Shown here: positions 42,103-54,419 of the stretch, piece after piece
How the letters are laid out: every line of letters begins with the position of its first letter
Position numbering within the stretch: the first letter of the stretch is position 1
Assembly: GCF_030144855.1 (NCBI RefSeq)
Contig: NC_082734.1
Span: forward strand, 5,766,001 to 5,830,000
DNA: 64,000 nucleotides
Direction: 5' to 3'
Source of the DNA: Hypanus sabinus
Taxonomy: Eukaryota
The notes under the pieces: model-generated
The model's database searches: none
Told to the model about the DNA's origin: nothing
What the model saw: the letters and a program-made list of their open reading frames with translations, nothing else
Made by a program: the position numbers and the translations under genes

Positions 42103-45100
42103 TGGCTACGGCGGCTGGCCATCGGGATAGCCTCCTGTATGTGTGGGATAGAAGGTCGGGACGCCGGTTTTTGGTCGATACTGGGGCTGAGGTCAGCGTT
42201 TTACCTCCGACAAGTTACGACACTCGCAGCAGGGCACCGGGTCCCCCCCTGAGGGCCGTGAATGGCAGCACAGTAAGGACCTATGGCACCCGTCCGGTGC
42301 AGCTACAGTTCGGCTCCAGCCAGTTCACGTGGGACTTCACACTGGCCGCCGTAGCCCAACCGCTCCTGGGTGCAGATTTTTTGCGAGCTCACAGCCTGCT
42401 GGTTGACCTGCCCAGGAAGAGACTGGTACACGCCGAGACCTTTCAGACGTTCTCCCTGGGCGCGGCCCAGTTGCCAGCCCCTCACCTCGGCTCCATCACG
42501 CTGTCCGACAACGACTTCACCAGGGTCCTGGCGGAGTTCCCATCGGTTCTGGCACCGCAGTTCACAGCAGCCATGCCCAGGCACGGCGTACAGCACCACA
42601 TCCCGACACAGGGACCACCCCTCCATGCCCGTGCTCGGCGGCTTCCCCCGGACAAGCTCCGACTGGCGAAGGAGGAGTTCCAGAGAATGGAGGAATTGGG
42701 GATCATCCGGCGGTCCGACAGCCCCTGGGCTTCCCCCCTGCACATGGTGCCCAAAGCGACGGGGGGCTGGAGACCGTGCGGCGACTACCGCAGGCTGAAC
42801 GAGGCTACCACACCGGACCGCTACCCTGTGCCGCACATTCAGGACTTTGCGGCAAACCTGCACGGCGCCCGGATCTTCTCCAAGGTCGACCTTGTCCGAG
42901 GGTACCATCAAATCCCGATGCGTCCTGACGACGTCCCCAAGACGGCTCTCATCACCCCGTTTGGCCTCTTCGAGTTCCTCCGCATGCCGTTCGGCCTGAA
43001 GAATGCCGCACAGACGTTCCAGCGGTTAATGGACGCGGTGGGACGGGACCTGGACTTCGCGTTCATCTATTTGGATGACATCCTCATAGCCAGCGGCAGT
43101 CGTCAGGAGCATCTGTCCCACCTCCGTCAACTCTGCGCCCGACTGAGTGAGTACGGTCTTACAATCAACCCTGCCAAATGCCAGTTCGGACTTGATACCA
43201 TTGACTTCCTGGGCCACAGGATTACTAAAGACGGGGCAACCCCTCTGCCCGCTAAGGTAGATGCGGTCCGCCACTTCCCCCGACCCACCACGATCAAAGG
43301 CCTTCAGGAATTCGTAGGTATGGTCAATTTCTACCGCCGCTTCCTCCCTTCAGCTGCCCGGATCATGCGCCCCCTGTTCGCCCTGATGTCGGGTCCGAGC
43401 AAGGACATTACCTGGGACGAGGAGTCCGCCGCCGCTTTCGTTCAAACGAAGGAAGCTTTGGCTGACGCCGCAATGCTAGTACATCCCAGAATGGACACCC
43501 CTACCGCCCTCACAGTGGACGCATCAAACACGGCAGTCGGTGGGGTGCTGGAGCAGCTCATCGCAGGTCGCTGGCAACCCCTGGCGTTTTTCAGCAAACA
43601 CCTGCGGCCACCCGAGCTCAAGTACAGTGCTTTTGACCGGGAACTGTTGGCGCTCTACCTGGCAATCCGGCATTTCAGGTACTTCCTAGAAGGTCGGTCC
43701 TTCACCGCGTTCACGGACCACAAACCGCTTACCTTTGCGTTTACGAAAGCATCCGACCCCTGGTCATCCCGCCAGCAACGCCACCTGTCCTACATCTCTG
43801 AATACACAACGGATGTCCGGCACGTCTCGGGTAAGGACAATGTCGTGGAGGATGCGCTCTCTCGCCCTACCGTTCATGCCCTTTCCCAAGGGGTAGACTT
43901 TGAGGCACTGGCAGAGGCACAGCAGGTAGATGAGGAGATTCCGAGTTACAGGACTGCAGTCTCTGGTTTGCAGCTCCAGGACCTCCCCGTGGGCCCAGGT
44001 GAGAGGACCCTACTCTGTGACGTCGCCACCAGCCAGCCCCGTCCGGTCGTCCCCGCAGCCTGGCGGCGACGTGTTTTCGACTCCATTCATAACTTGGCGC
44101 ATCCCTCCATCCGGACAACTGTCCGGATGGTTTCCAGCAGGTTCGTTTGGCACGGACTCCGCAAACAGGTCAGTGAATGGGCCAGGACGTGCATGCACTG
44201 CCAGACGGCCAAGGTTCAGCGGCACACCAAAGCCCCACCGCAGCAGTTCCATCCCGCCCACCGGCGTTTCGACCACATTCATGTGGATATCGTGGGCCCC
44301 CTGCCAGTGTCGCGCGGAGCGCGTTACCTCCTGACTATCGTGGACCGGTTCACAAGATGGCCAGAGGCGGTCCCGCTCACCGACACCACCTCCGAATCTT
44401 GCGCCCGAGCCCTGATCGCCACCTGGATATCCCGCTTTGGTGTACCAGCCCACATTACCTCCGACAGAGGCGCCCAGTTCACCTCCAGCCTGTGGTCAGC
44501 TATGGCCAGCCTTTTGGGGACTCAGCTGCACCACACCACTGCCTACCACCCACAGTCGAACGGGCTAGTGGAGCGTTTCCACCGTCACCTGAAGTCGGCC
44601 CTCATGGCCCGCCTGCGAGGAGCCAACTGGGCGGACGAGCTTCCCTGGGTCCTTCTCGGCATCCGCACAGCGCCCAAGGACGACCTGCACGCCTCGTCGG
44701 CCGAGTTGGTATACGGCGCGCCCCTGGCCGTCCCCGGGGAGTTCCTACCAGCCCCGAGGGGGCAAGAGGAAGAACCCGCTGCAGTCCTGGGCAGACTTCG
44801 CGAGAAGCTCGGTAACCTGGCCCCCATACCCACTTCACAGCATGGGCGGCACCCGACCTGCGTACCCAAAGACCTACGGAACTGTAAGTTTGTGTTTGTA
44901 CGAAGGGGCGGGCATCGGCCACCGCTGCAGCGGCCATACGAGGGGCCGTTTACGGTGCTCCGGAACAACGGGTCCACGTTCGTGCTGGACGTTGGGGGGA
45001 AGGAGGAGGTTTTCACGGTGGACCGCCTCAAGCCGGCCCATGTGGACCTGGCGCAACCGGCCGAGTTTCCGGCGCCTCGGCGCAGAGGCCGACCTCCCAA

Positions 45101-45206
45101 GCAGGTTCTGGCCCAGGCTGTGGACATTGGGGGGTGTATCGCCGGTTCTGGGGGGGGGTTATGTGGCGGCTCATTTCCTAGCGTATGCGAACCGACTCAC
45201 AATTAG
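42075..45206 (+). CDS. pol: Gypsy pol polyprotein (protease, RT, RNase H, integrase), in the -1 frame to gag
   Basis: Protease LVDTGA; RT motifs [23 protein letters not shown]; RNase H TVDAS...TDHKPL; integrase HHCC and DDE core (HVDIVG, SDRGAQF, NGLVER) plus GPY/F-like PYEGPF; no internal stops. Confidence 0.96.
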   Translation, partial: GKRQGQPPLMATAAGHRDSLLYVWDRRSGRRFLVDTGAEVSVLPPTSYDTRSRAPGPPLRAVNGSTVRTYGTRPVQLQFGSSQFTWDFTLAAVAQPLLGADFLRAHSLLVDLPRKRLVHAETFQTFSLGAAQLPAPHLGSITLSDNDFTRVLAEFPSVLAPQFTAAMPRHGVQHHIPTQGPPLHARARRLPPDKLRLAKEEFQRMEELGIIRRSDSPWASPLHMVPKATGGWRPCGDYRRLNEATTPDRYPVPHIQDFAANLHGARIFSKVDLVRGYHQIPMRPDDVPKTALITPFGLFEFLRMPFGLKNAAQTFQRLMDAVGRDLDFAFIYLDDILIASGSRQEHLSHLRQLCARLSEYGLTINPAKCQFGLDTIDFLGHRITKDGATPLPAKVDAVRHFPRPTTIKGLQEFVGMVNFYRRFLPSAARIMRPLFALMSGPSKDITWDEESAAAFVQTKEALADAAMLVHPRMDTPTALTVDASNTAVGGVLEQLIAGRWQPLAFFSKHLRPPELKYSAFDRELLALYLAIRHFRYFLEGRSFTAFTDHKPLTFAFTKASDPWSSRQQRHLSYISEYTTDVRHVSGKDNVVEDALSRPTVHALSQGVDFEALAEAQQVDEEIPSYRTAVSGLQLQDLPVGPGERTLLCDVATSQPRPVVPAAWRRRVFDSIHNLAHPSIRTTVRMVSSRFVWHGLRKQVSEWARTCMHCQTAKVQRHTKAPPQQFHPAHRRFDHIHVDIVGPLPVSRGARYLLTIVDRFTRWPEAVPLTDTTSESCARALIATWISRFGVPAHITSDRGAQFTSSLWSAMASLLGTQLHHTTAYHPQSNGLVERFHRHLKSALMARLRGANWADELPWVLLGIRTAPKDDLHASSAELVYGAPLAVPGEFLPAPRGQEEEPAAVLGRLREKLGNLAPIPTSQHGRHPTCVPKDLRNCKFVFVRRGGHRPPLQRPYEGPFTVLRNNGSTFVLDVGGKEEVFTVDRLKPAHVDLAQPAEFPAPRRRGRPPKQVLAQAVDIGGCIAGSGGGLCGGSFPSVCEPTHN

Positions 45207-45859
45207 ATAGCCTACGGGGGTTTGCGAGCACAGAGCTTTGGAGCCTCTTCGCCATGGGGGGCCGGTTGACAGAGGCTTAAAAGTGAGGCTGAAGTTTTCG
45301 AATAAAGTTTTTCCTTCGACTGCAGTTACCGACTCCGTGTCGTAATTTTAGCGCTGCTTGTAGCACACCGCTACAATTCATTAATAACTATCTGCACATT
45401 CAATTCATCCACCTTGTTACGAATGCTCCTCGCATTGACACATTGAAAGCCTTCAGGCTTGTTTTTACAACACTCTTAGCCCTTATACAATTATGTTGAA
45501 AAGTGGCTCTTTTTGCTTTTTGCCCTGGATTTGCCTGCTTGCCACCTTACTTTTCATCTCACTGCTTTTTGCTTCTACCCTCATTTTACACCCTTCTGTC
45601 TCTCTGCACTTGTTCCCATCCCCCTGCCACATTAGTTTAAATCCTCCTGAACAGCAGTAGCAAACGCTCCCCCATGATAACCCAAGACAGCTTTCTACAC
45701 TATCCACAACACTACCAACCCATATTCAAGCAAATGATCTTATTGAAGGTGGGAAGCAGTATTATGAGTGGGCTGAAATTTCCCTATTCAATGTGTATAT
45801 TGGGATTATACATTCAGCCAATAGTTCCTTAATTTAAGCTTTCATTGCATTACGTTTCA

Positions 45860-46770
45860 TTGTCACCTCCAACAGTATCCCACCACCAAGCACATCTTTA
45901 CCTCTTCCCCTCTTTCTGCTTTCCCCAGGGATCGCTCACTATGCAACTCCCTTGTCCATTTGTATCCCCCATCCCTTCCCACCGATCTCCCTTCCAGCAC
46001 TTATCCTTGTAAGCGGAACAAGTGCTACTGCCCTTACACTTCCTCCCTCACCACCATTCAGGGCCCCAGACAGTCCTTCCAGGCAAGGCAACACTTCACC
46101 TGTGAGTTGGCTGGTGTGGTGTACTGCGTCCGGTGCTCCTAGTGTGGCCTTTTATATATTGGTGAGACCTGACGCAGATTGGGACACCGTTTCTCTGAAC
46201 ACCTATGCTCTGTCTACCAGGGAAAGCAGGATCTCCCAGTGGCCACACATTTTAATTCCATGTCCCATTCTGATATGTCAATCCATGGCCTCCTCTACTG
46301 GCAAGATGAAGCCACACTTAGGTTGGAGGAACAACACCTTATATTCCATCTGGGTATCCTCCAACCTGATGGCATGAACATTGGTTTCACTAACTTGTTA
46401 ATGCCCTTCTAACCCCATCCCTTATTTATTATTTTTCCTTTTTTACCACCATTTTTTTCTGTCCCTCACAATCACTCCTTGTCTGCTGTCCATTTTCCTC
46501 TGGTTCTCCCCAGGCCTCCCATCCCATGATCCTCTGTATCCTTTCTCCAGCTCTGTATCCCTTTTGCCAATCAACTTTCCAGCTCTTAGCTTCTTCCCTC
46601 CCCCTCCTGTCTTCTCATCATTTCAGATCTTCCCCTCCCCTTAAATCGCTTACTATCTCTTCTTTCAGTTAGTCCTGACAAAGGGTCTTGGCCCAAAACA
46701 TCAAATGTACTGCTGTGTTCCACCAGCATTTTGTGTATGTTACTTGAATTTCCAGCATCTGCAGATTTCC
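45860..46770 (+). mobile_element. Penelope-like element remnant (GIY-YIG endonuclease plus terminal repeat); related copies at 9075-9640, 15965-16390, 23395-24030, 35070-35450, 50050-50760 and 61240-61560
   Basis: ARQHFTCELAGVVYCVRCS, YIGET and RFSEHL...PVATHFN...EEQHLIFHLGILQPDGMN, then a pyrimidine-rich tract and the CCTGA..AAGGGTCTTGGCCCAAAAC / CCAGCATTTTGTG repeat. Confidence 0.78.
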
Positions 46771-47374
46771 TCGTGATCGCATTACCCTTTTTGTTTAAGC
46801 AGCTCCATGCTGCTCATCCAATCCTTACCCAGCTGACCTATACAAGCTGGTGGATTGATACCATTAAGTGATGTTCTATTGCCAAACCAAAAATAGGTAA
46901 ACCTATTTTAATACAGATTCTAAATTTGCTCAGCCCAGGCACCACATTCTTATAAGGAATCTACTTTAAAAACTAGTCCACATCTGGAAACTCAATTGTA
47001 TTTATGTAACACCAAATCTTCCTTCACGTCTCTGATGCAGTGTCACAGAATAAGATCTCAATGTTCACCCCCACTTCCCATACAGATCCTGTGACTTGCT
47101 GAGATCCTTGCAGTTGGTTGTTACTGCCAGTTCCAGCATCTAATGTATTATGTTATGAAGTTATTGTTTGCTTTCCACAATTGTCAATGACTATTTACCC
47201 ATTTATCCTAATTACAGCCCACTATCAGATCAAAATTATGAACATGGATTTAGAAATAAGCCATCAACAAGACCAAAATGAGAACACTATTGAACAATTT
47301 ATTTCCAATTGACATTAGCTTTACATAAATCATGTCACATTTCATTAGATGAGAACTGACAGAAGGTTTCAACT

Positions 47375-50300
47375 TCAGGTCCGCACTTGTTCACTCCCCA
47401 GGGACAACTTGTCAAATAGGTACTCTCCTCGACCATTCTCATTGGCTCCCAGTCTCCTCAGGTTGGTGATGTGATCTCCAAGCCTCTTCATCATCATCAT
47501 TTGTTCATCCAGCAGATGTCTCGTCAGGAAGGAACACAGCTGTAAGAAAGTTGGAAGTTACATCCAGAAATCTTGAAGGTTTCCACTCCACCTCCTGCAA
47601 GTGATCCTTTTCTGGTTGGCTGCTCATGACTAGAGGCACTCCATAGTGACTGTTTCTTGTTATGTTATACGTTACTGACCTGGGCAACTGAATTGATGCT
47701 TTGCGACAGTGTAGCAGGTAGTGTTGAGGAATCAGGGATTATGTAGAGAGTTTTGGACAGATTAGCAGAATGGGCAAAGAGGTAGCAGATGGAAAACAGT
47801 GTAGGGAAGTGTATGGTCATGCACGTGGTAGAAGTAATAAAAGGTGTAGACCGTTTTGCAAATTGAAAGCAAATTCAGACATTGTGGTGCAAAGGGACAT
47901 GGGAGACCTAGTACAGGATTTCCTAATGATTAACTTGCAGGCCGAGTCAATAACAAGGAAGGAAAATGCAATGTTAGCATTAATTTTGAAAGAACTATAA
48001 TATAAACAAGGACATAATGCCAAGGCTTTACAAGGCATTGGTCAGACTATTATGGAGCATAGCAGTTTCTGGCCCTCAAGAAAAGTGTCCTGGCATTTGG
48101 AGAGCATCCAGAGGAACATTCACAAGAATGATCATAGGAATGAAAGGGTTAATATGAGTGTTTAATGGCTTTGGGCTGGAACTCACTGGAGTTTAGAAGA
48201 ATGAGGGGGAAAATCTCATTGAAACCTAGATAGAGTAGACATGGAAAGGATGTTTTCAATAGTGTGAGCATCTAGGACCAGTGGGCACAACCTCAGAATA
48301 GAAGGACATCCCTTTAGAATTGAGATGAGAAGTTTCTTCAGCCAGAGGTTGGATAATCTGGAATTCATTGCCACGGATGACTGAGGATCAAGTCATTGAG
48401 TATATTAAAGCAGATGTAGATGGGTTCTTACTTAGCAAGAACATCAAAAATTATAGGAAGGAGGCAGGAAAATGGAGTTGAGAGAGATAATTAATCAGCA
48501 ATGGATAAATGGTAGAACAGATTCAATAGGCTAAATAGCCCAATTCTGCTCCTTTGTCTTATGGAAATATGTACATAACCACTCTGATGTTTCCCCTCCT
48601 GAGATTTGAAGCTCTTTGGATGGGTTAGCAACTTACTTGGGGGTCACCGTGCTGAATGGCAAGCTTGTGCAGGTCCAGTAGACTCTGGTTCACATCCTTC
48701 TCCATCTGCAGAGCTCTGTGCATTGCATGACGACCATTAATCCAATCACTCTGCTCTGGTTTCTGCCAAGGAATGCAACACTTCAATTGAAATGGAGGAA
48801 TGTTAAACAAACAAACCACTGCAAAGACAACACAACTATGGAGTATAGAAACTTCCCAAAAAAGGTATCATGTAGGCAGAATTAGATAGAGTTTGATGGA
48901 ATCAGATTGACTGCTCTGCATTTAAAGATCAGCTTTATTTGTCCTATGTGCATCAAGACAGTGAAATGTGCTGTTTGCATGAAATCAGCAAGGATTGTGC
49001 AGGGCAATCCACAAGTTTCACCATGCTTTCAGCACTAGTGTGGCATGCCCGCAACTCATTAGCTAGAATGCTTTCAGTCTTTGGAATCCCAAGCACTTGG
49101 AGGAGACCCACACAATAATGGGGAGATTGTACAACCTCCCTACAGACAGTAGCAGGAATTGAACCCCAGTCTTACAGCCAGCACTGCAAAGCATTGCGCT
49201 AATAGCCACGCTACTGCACCGCTTAATTTGTCAAGCCAAACCTTTACATCCTCCATCAAGATCTGGCCACCACGCAGATTCTGGAATGCTAGGAGTTTCT
49301 TAGCATGCTTCCATTTCTCATTGGACTGCTTCCTGAAGAAGTCAGCAAAGTGGTGCAAGGCAACATCATCCTGGTCAAAGTACAAGGACTGTGGAGAGAG
49401 ATTAGAATATCTTTCACAGCTCTGATCAATTTCATTGTCGTCAACCATATCCATGTATACCAGCAAACAAAATGTTCCTGCAAACCAAGATAGGAAAAGT
49501 ACATACAACTGACACAAGGTAATATTACCACACACAAATTAACAAATAAACAAGGCACATTTAGGATACAAGTTTAAAGAGCAAACAGTGCAAGGCTATT
49601 GGCCCTTCATACGTTGATACCTGGATGGTGCAGTGAGTTCAGCAATCACTGCCTGGGGGGTTAGGGTGGGGAGGAAAGAAGCCATTTCCCATCCTAGCAG
49701 TCCTTGTCCTAATGCTGTGGTACCTGCTGCCTGACAGTAGGGGTATTATTGGACTGATACAAGGGAACATCAATAATACCAAGGGCCTTGTGAATGCAGC
49801 ACTCCTGATGAATACAAACTGAACTTTCCTGTTTCTAGTACATTGAGGAATTGAGCCCTTATGTCATTTTAAATGATGTACTGCAATTGGTTCAGTAGCA
49901 CCATCTTGTAGTTCGGGGGGGGGGGGGGGGGAAGAAGTCCCAACATTTTTTAATACCATGGACCCCTACAATTAACAGAGGGATCTGTGGACCCCAGGAA
50001 CTCTTGTATATGAACATTGCTGGTCACTTTTCAGTGACAGGAAATTGAGTTTACAACACAAAATGCTGGAGATACTCAGCAGGTCTAACTTTGGGAAGGA
50101 GGTGGGACAGGCAACATTTCAAGCCAAGTCCTTTCATCAATATTGGAAAGAGTCATGGGGGCAGGGGAAGCCTATAAAATTCAAGTGTGTGGGTGGGGGG
50201 GGGGTAAGAAAGCAAGTGATTTGAGAACTTGGAGGTGATAGGTGGAAGAGGGAAGGACTAAAGAAGGAACCTTATGGTGAGGACAATAGATGTGAGTAAA

Positions 50301-51430
50301 AGGAAAGGAGGTGGGGAAACCAGGAGGAGAGGAAAGGCAAACAGGACAGAGCACTAGGGAAAACAGAGGGAAGCAGTTACAAGTTAGAGAAATTAATGTC
50401 AATGCCAGCAGGTCAGAAACCATCAAGACAAAATGCAGTCTTGCTCCTCCACTCTACTTCTGGCCACAATATGATAGTACAGGAGGCTGTGGATAGACAG
50501 TGTGGGAATGGAAAGTGGAATTAAAGTGGCTAGTCACCAGGAGATGTTGGTTGTTGCAACAGATTGAGTTAAAATGTACTTTCCCTCATTCTACTTTTGA
50601 TCTCACTGACATCAGTGAACCCCCATGGACTCATATGGAGTGTCTCATCTGGAAGGACAGTTTAGGGCCCTGAACAGTGGTGAGGGAGATAATGTAAGGC
50701 AGGTAAAATACTTGCAATAGTTACAGGGCTAAGTGCTTGGAGGGGGATTGATGAGTGGACAGGGAGACAGTGATTCTAGTAGATATAAGAAACATCAAAG
50801 TTCTTGTACTTTTTAATTGAAAGAAAGATACTTCAATAGTGCTCTTTAAACAATTTATTTAGAGAGACAGCATAGGCCCCTCCCTTCAAGCTACACCACC
50901 CTCAATTTTACCCCAATCACACAATTTACAAAGACCAGTTAACCTAACCAGTCAAATTTTAAGACTATGGGAGGAAAACAGTGGACTCAGAGATAGCCTA
51001 TATATTCCACAGGGAGGACATACATAGACTTCTTATAGAGGCCACCAGGATTGAATTCAAACTCAGACACCCAAGCTGTAATAGCATCATGTAAACTACT
51101 GTGGCTAAGCCTTTAAAGACAACCTGAACATTGGGCTTCACATCCACTGGAGGAGTCAGTTTCCATCAGAGATTCTATTAAATATCAGACAATTAGAGAA
51201 CTTTAATTACAAAAAGTAAGTTTCACTTTCCCCTTAATGGACTACAGGTGAAGTTGGGACTATTTACTTAATGGAATCCTGCAGTATACAAATATTCCAA
51301 CAAGGGACAGCCTCAAACAAGGACTCACCATAGAGCGATAAACATAGGAGGAATGGATTTCCATGTTAATCTGGTTGTTGACAGCAACCTCACATTCAAT
51401 GTGGTAGTTTTGACACACTTGGGAACCCAT
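47375..51430 (-). CDS. Divergent ferritin (FerE), 4 exons, 179 aa; open frame but catalytic and channel residues substituted
   Basis: Exons 51430-51329, 49388-49242, 48762-48637, 47539-47375, all [183 protein letters not shown]. Minus-strand AATAAA at 47303-47298. Could be a young pseudogene. Confidence 0.85.
47690..48565 (+). mobile_element. CR1 3' fragment in FerE intron 3
   Basis: Decayed RT C-terminus ([10 protein letters not shown]...KENAMLALI) and CR1-type 3' end. Confidence 0.7.
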
Positions 51431-51499
51431 CCTCTTCTGTACAAGAATCCACCTCACAACCACTCAGGAAGCTCCAAACAAAAAAAAAAAGTTATACCA

Positions 51500-51600
51500 C
51501 TTACTCAGTTCCTTGGCTCTTATACTGCTAGGTCATCTTGCAGTGTAGTTAAAAGATTTCTTCACAACGATGATTGACATTCCCAATAACCAATTGGGAA
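51500..51600 (-). promoter_or_regulatory. FerE proximal promoter (TATA, TGATTGAC, CCAAT)
   Basis: Minus-strand TATAA at 51524-51520; GATGATTGACATTCCC at 51569-51584 and CCAAT at 51590-51594 (+), both shared with the FerF promoter. Confidence 0.6.
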
Positions 51601-54419
51601 TTGCCCATGAATCTGAGCAACACAAACAAGAGTGGAAGGGGGGAATAATATAAAGGGGAAGAAGGCAGTAAGACTTTTAGAAAAATCTAGATTTATGGAG
51701 AATAGTTTCTGTGATGTAGCTTTTATTACATAGACTAACTTTACATCTGAATGCAATTTGTTTTTGATTTCAGACCCTAGGCATTACAATTTTAGGTTGA
51801 ATATTAAAATTATTGAATTTGAAATGGTCTTTCTTAGACATCCAATATTGTAAGCTGTCAGAAGCTGTACTGGTGACATATTCCTTGTTCAAAGCAATCA
51901 AATCAAACAATTCCTAATTCAAATAACCTATCAGAGAAAGAGGTAGAAACACCTGTGTGGGTGGTATGACAGTCTCATTCTTCACCACTAGAGTGCACAT
52001 GTCTGACTATTGGCTCCAGAGAGAGGGAACAGTGCAAAACATTGCGGGTAGTTGAATTTGTTTGGGTTACATTCTATTGAAATGGTGTCTGGTAAAATTC
52101 AGCCTGAACTCTGAGAATATGCAGATCTGGTTAGATTTCAATGAGACTAAAGGGTAATTTAACCTGTTTGAAATGAGGAAATTTGGCATTGTCTATCTAT
52201 CTGACCCAATATAGATTCATAAAGAATAGAAGAAGGATATTTGGCCCTCATTCTTGTGCTTGCTCTTTGAAACAACTTTACAATTTCTTTCCTGAATTTC
52301 TTTTTGTCCTTAAGTTACCAATTGCCTCTTGTACAGAGTAGCAGAGTCATCTTTATAGAGAATCACAACATTTTTAACTTAAAAATAAATTGCCCTGTCC
52401 AGTGCCCTCTGGGTTCTTTGGCTGCCATTGTTGTTTTTTTCTCAGTTCCAGCATCACATCTGGCTTGAGTCATTCACTCCTGAATTAGTCGTTAACAGTC
52501 TCTGTATTGGTTTAAAACTCTTTATTTAATTGGCGCAGAGACCCAGACATTGAGGTGAAAACATTGAACCATAACTCACAACTGAGATCTCAAAGTGAAA
52601 ATTGCTTGCAACCAATTCATATTCCTGCTGTCCGTTTGGTACCTGGAAAGGACGTTGAGCAGGTATTTAGAAGAGTTAATAAATAGTTAGTTTGAGTATG
52701 AGACTCCAAGAGCTTCACAAGGTGGAAAAAAAATCATCTTCTAGTTTAGATTTTGTGCATTTAAATTGAGAGGTTCTATTTAAAATGGAAGTCCTCTTGG
52801 AGAGCAAAACCTTGCATGAAGATGTGTGCCTCTGAGTACCATAAAGTTTTTTCCCCAAATTTTTCAAACTGAGTATCACCCCCTGCAGGAAGCAGTTATG
52901 CAAATTATTTGGAAAAGCTCAAGGTGTGAGTGACGCACTTTGCTACTGAAAATTCCACATAATAGGAATAATCATTTGCTTGAAAGCTTGTTACCAGACT
53001 GATAGCTGGAGAGAACCAGTAGTCTCATAGATATTGGGCAGATTGAGCATGTTTCTATTGGGATCTGAAAGAGTGAAGGACCTCTTTGTTGGAAAGCTAG
53101 ATTCTGAGTACTTTACCTGGTAGTGTGGAATACGATATTTTCCCCTTAAGACTATTTTCAATCATGATGCTGAATGGTGGGATGTTGGTTCTGGGTGCAA
53201 AGAGAAAGGTGAGGAAATGCTTTTCACATTTTAATTAACATAACAGCATGCATCACTTCTTTATCTAAAAGGAACTATTTTGTAAAGAATTGAATAAGCA
53301 AGTAGTGTAGTGGTTAGTGCAGCTAACTATCACAGCTTTGGCGTTGGAGTTTGGAGTTCAATTCCGGTGTCTTCTGTAAGAAGTTTATACGTTTTTCGTG
53401 GGAGCATGAGGGTTTCCTCCCACAGTCCAAAGACGTACTGGTCAGTAGGTTAATTGATTATTGTCAATTGTCCTATGATTGAGGTAAGGTTAAATAGGTG
53501 TGATGCTGGGTGGCACCACTCATTGGGCCAGAAGGGCCAGTTCTGCAACATATATAAATTTAATGCCATTGTCTCATGTTTTGATTTCATGTATGAAAGT
53601 CTGATGTTGGTTATTCAATTGGTTAGTACCCGGCAAATTCTCATCTTTTATTTTATTTAGAGGTGCAGTGCAGCACAGCAACTCATCTATTTAACACATG
53701 CCTTTCTATAACACACAGTGCTTCTGAGTTGGAAATCCACTCCGGGGCATAAAAACTGATATTCAGAGCAAGAGTGCATTACATTTTTATTCCTCACCTA
53801 GATATGACAATGGTCTCTTAGCCAAATTTCAGCCAAATTAATGAATGTTCAAACCAGTCACGGCAAAGTGAAAAGGGAACACTTGACTGTGGCTGGTGTA
53901 AGCAGTTCCCGTTCTATCCTGGAGGGAGGGTTTGTGACTGAGCATTGGCTGCAGGGGGCAGCAACACTGCCATACACAGTGAGAAGTGACACTCCATCAG
54001 AACTTATTCCAGTGAATACTGTCTACTGACATTCAGTCTGACTTCAAGTACAAATTTGTTTATTGCCATTCAACCGTACACGTGTATACCGCCAAACGAC
54101 ACAACATTCCTCCAGACCAAGCTACACAACACAGTACAGCACAATGCATTACAGAACGGGCGACCCGAGGTTCATTTCCCACCGCTGCCTGAAAGCGATT
54201 TGTCTCCCCGTGACTATGTGTGTTTCTTCTCAAAGTCCAAAGATGTACCAATTAGCAGGTTGATTGGTCATTGTAAATTGCCTCATGATTAGGCTCGGAT
54301 TAAATCAGGAGATTGCTAGGCGGCATGGCTTGAAGTGCTGGTGGGGGGGGGGGGCTATTCTGCACTGTATCTCAATAAATAAATGAATAAATAATAAATA
54401 AAGAACTGACACACGAGTT

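Larger units (their letters stand above)
41162..45375 (+). mobile_element. Full-length Ty3/Gypsy LTR retrotransposon, 4214 bp
   Basis: LTRs 41162-41375 and 45162-45375 (214 bp, TG...CA, one mismatch); ATTC target-site duplication at 41158-41161 and 45376-45379; PBS TGGTGACCCCGACG at 41378-41391 complementary to the tRNA-Trp 3' end; G-rich PPT at 45150-45158; intact gag and pol. Confidence 0.98.
38393..45670 (-). mobile_element. CR1 LINE, near full-length ORF2 with frameshifts, interrupted by the Gypsy element
   Basis: ORF pieces 41039-39897 (endonuclease GDFN, LDWVL, SDHNM; KSPGPDG), 39897-39220 (RT: NYRPVSLTS, YLDFQKAFDKV, KFADD) and 39081-38581 (LVRPHLEYCVQFWSP, RRLRGDL); 5' part resumes at 45380-45670 (GFKLMWQGDGN); tail near 38393. 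Confidence 0.92.

Noticed and set aside
41487-45210. Many alternative-frame and antisense ORFs inside the Gypsy element
   Set aside because: Expected shadow ORFs of GC-rich gag-pol sequence; no motifs and no env-like ORF.
51541-51546. CAGTGT near the FerE promoter as a possible IRE
   Set aside because: Antisense to FerE, upstream of the TATA box, and no flanking stem.
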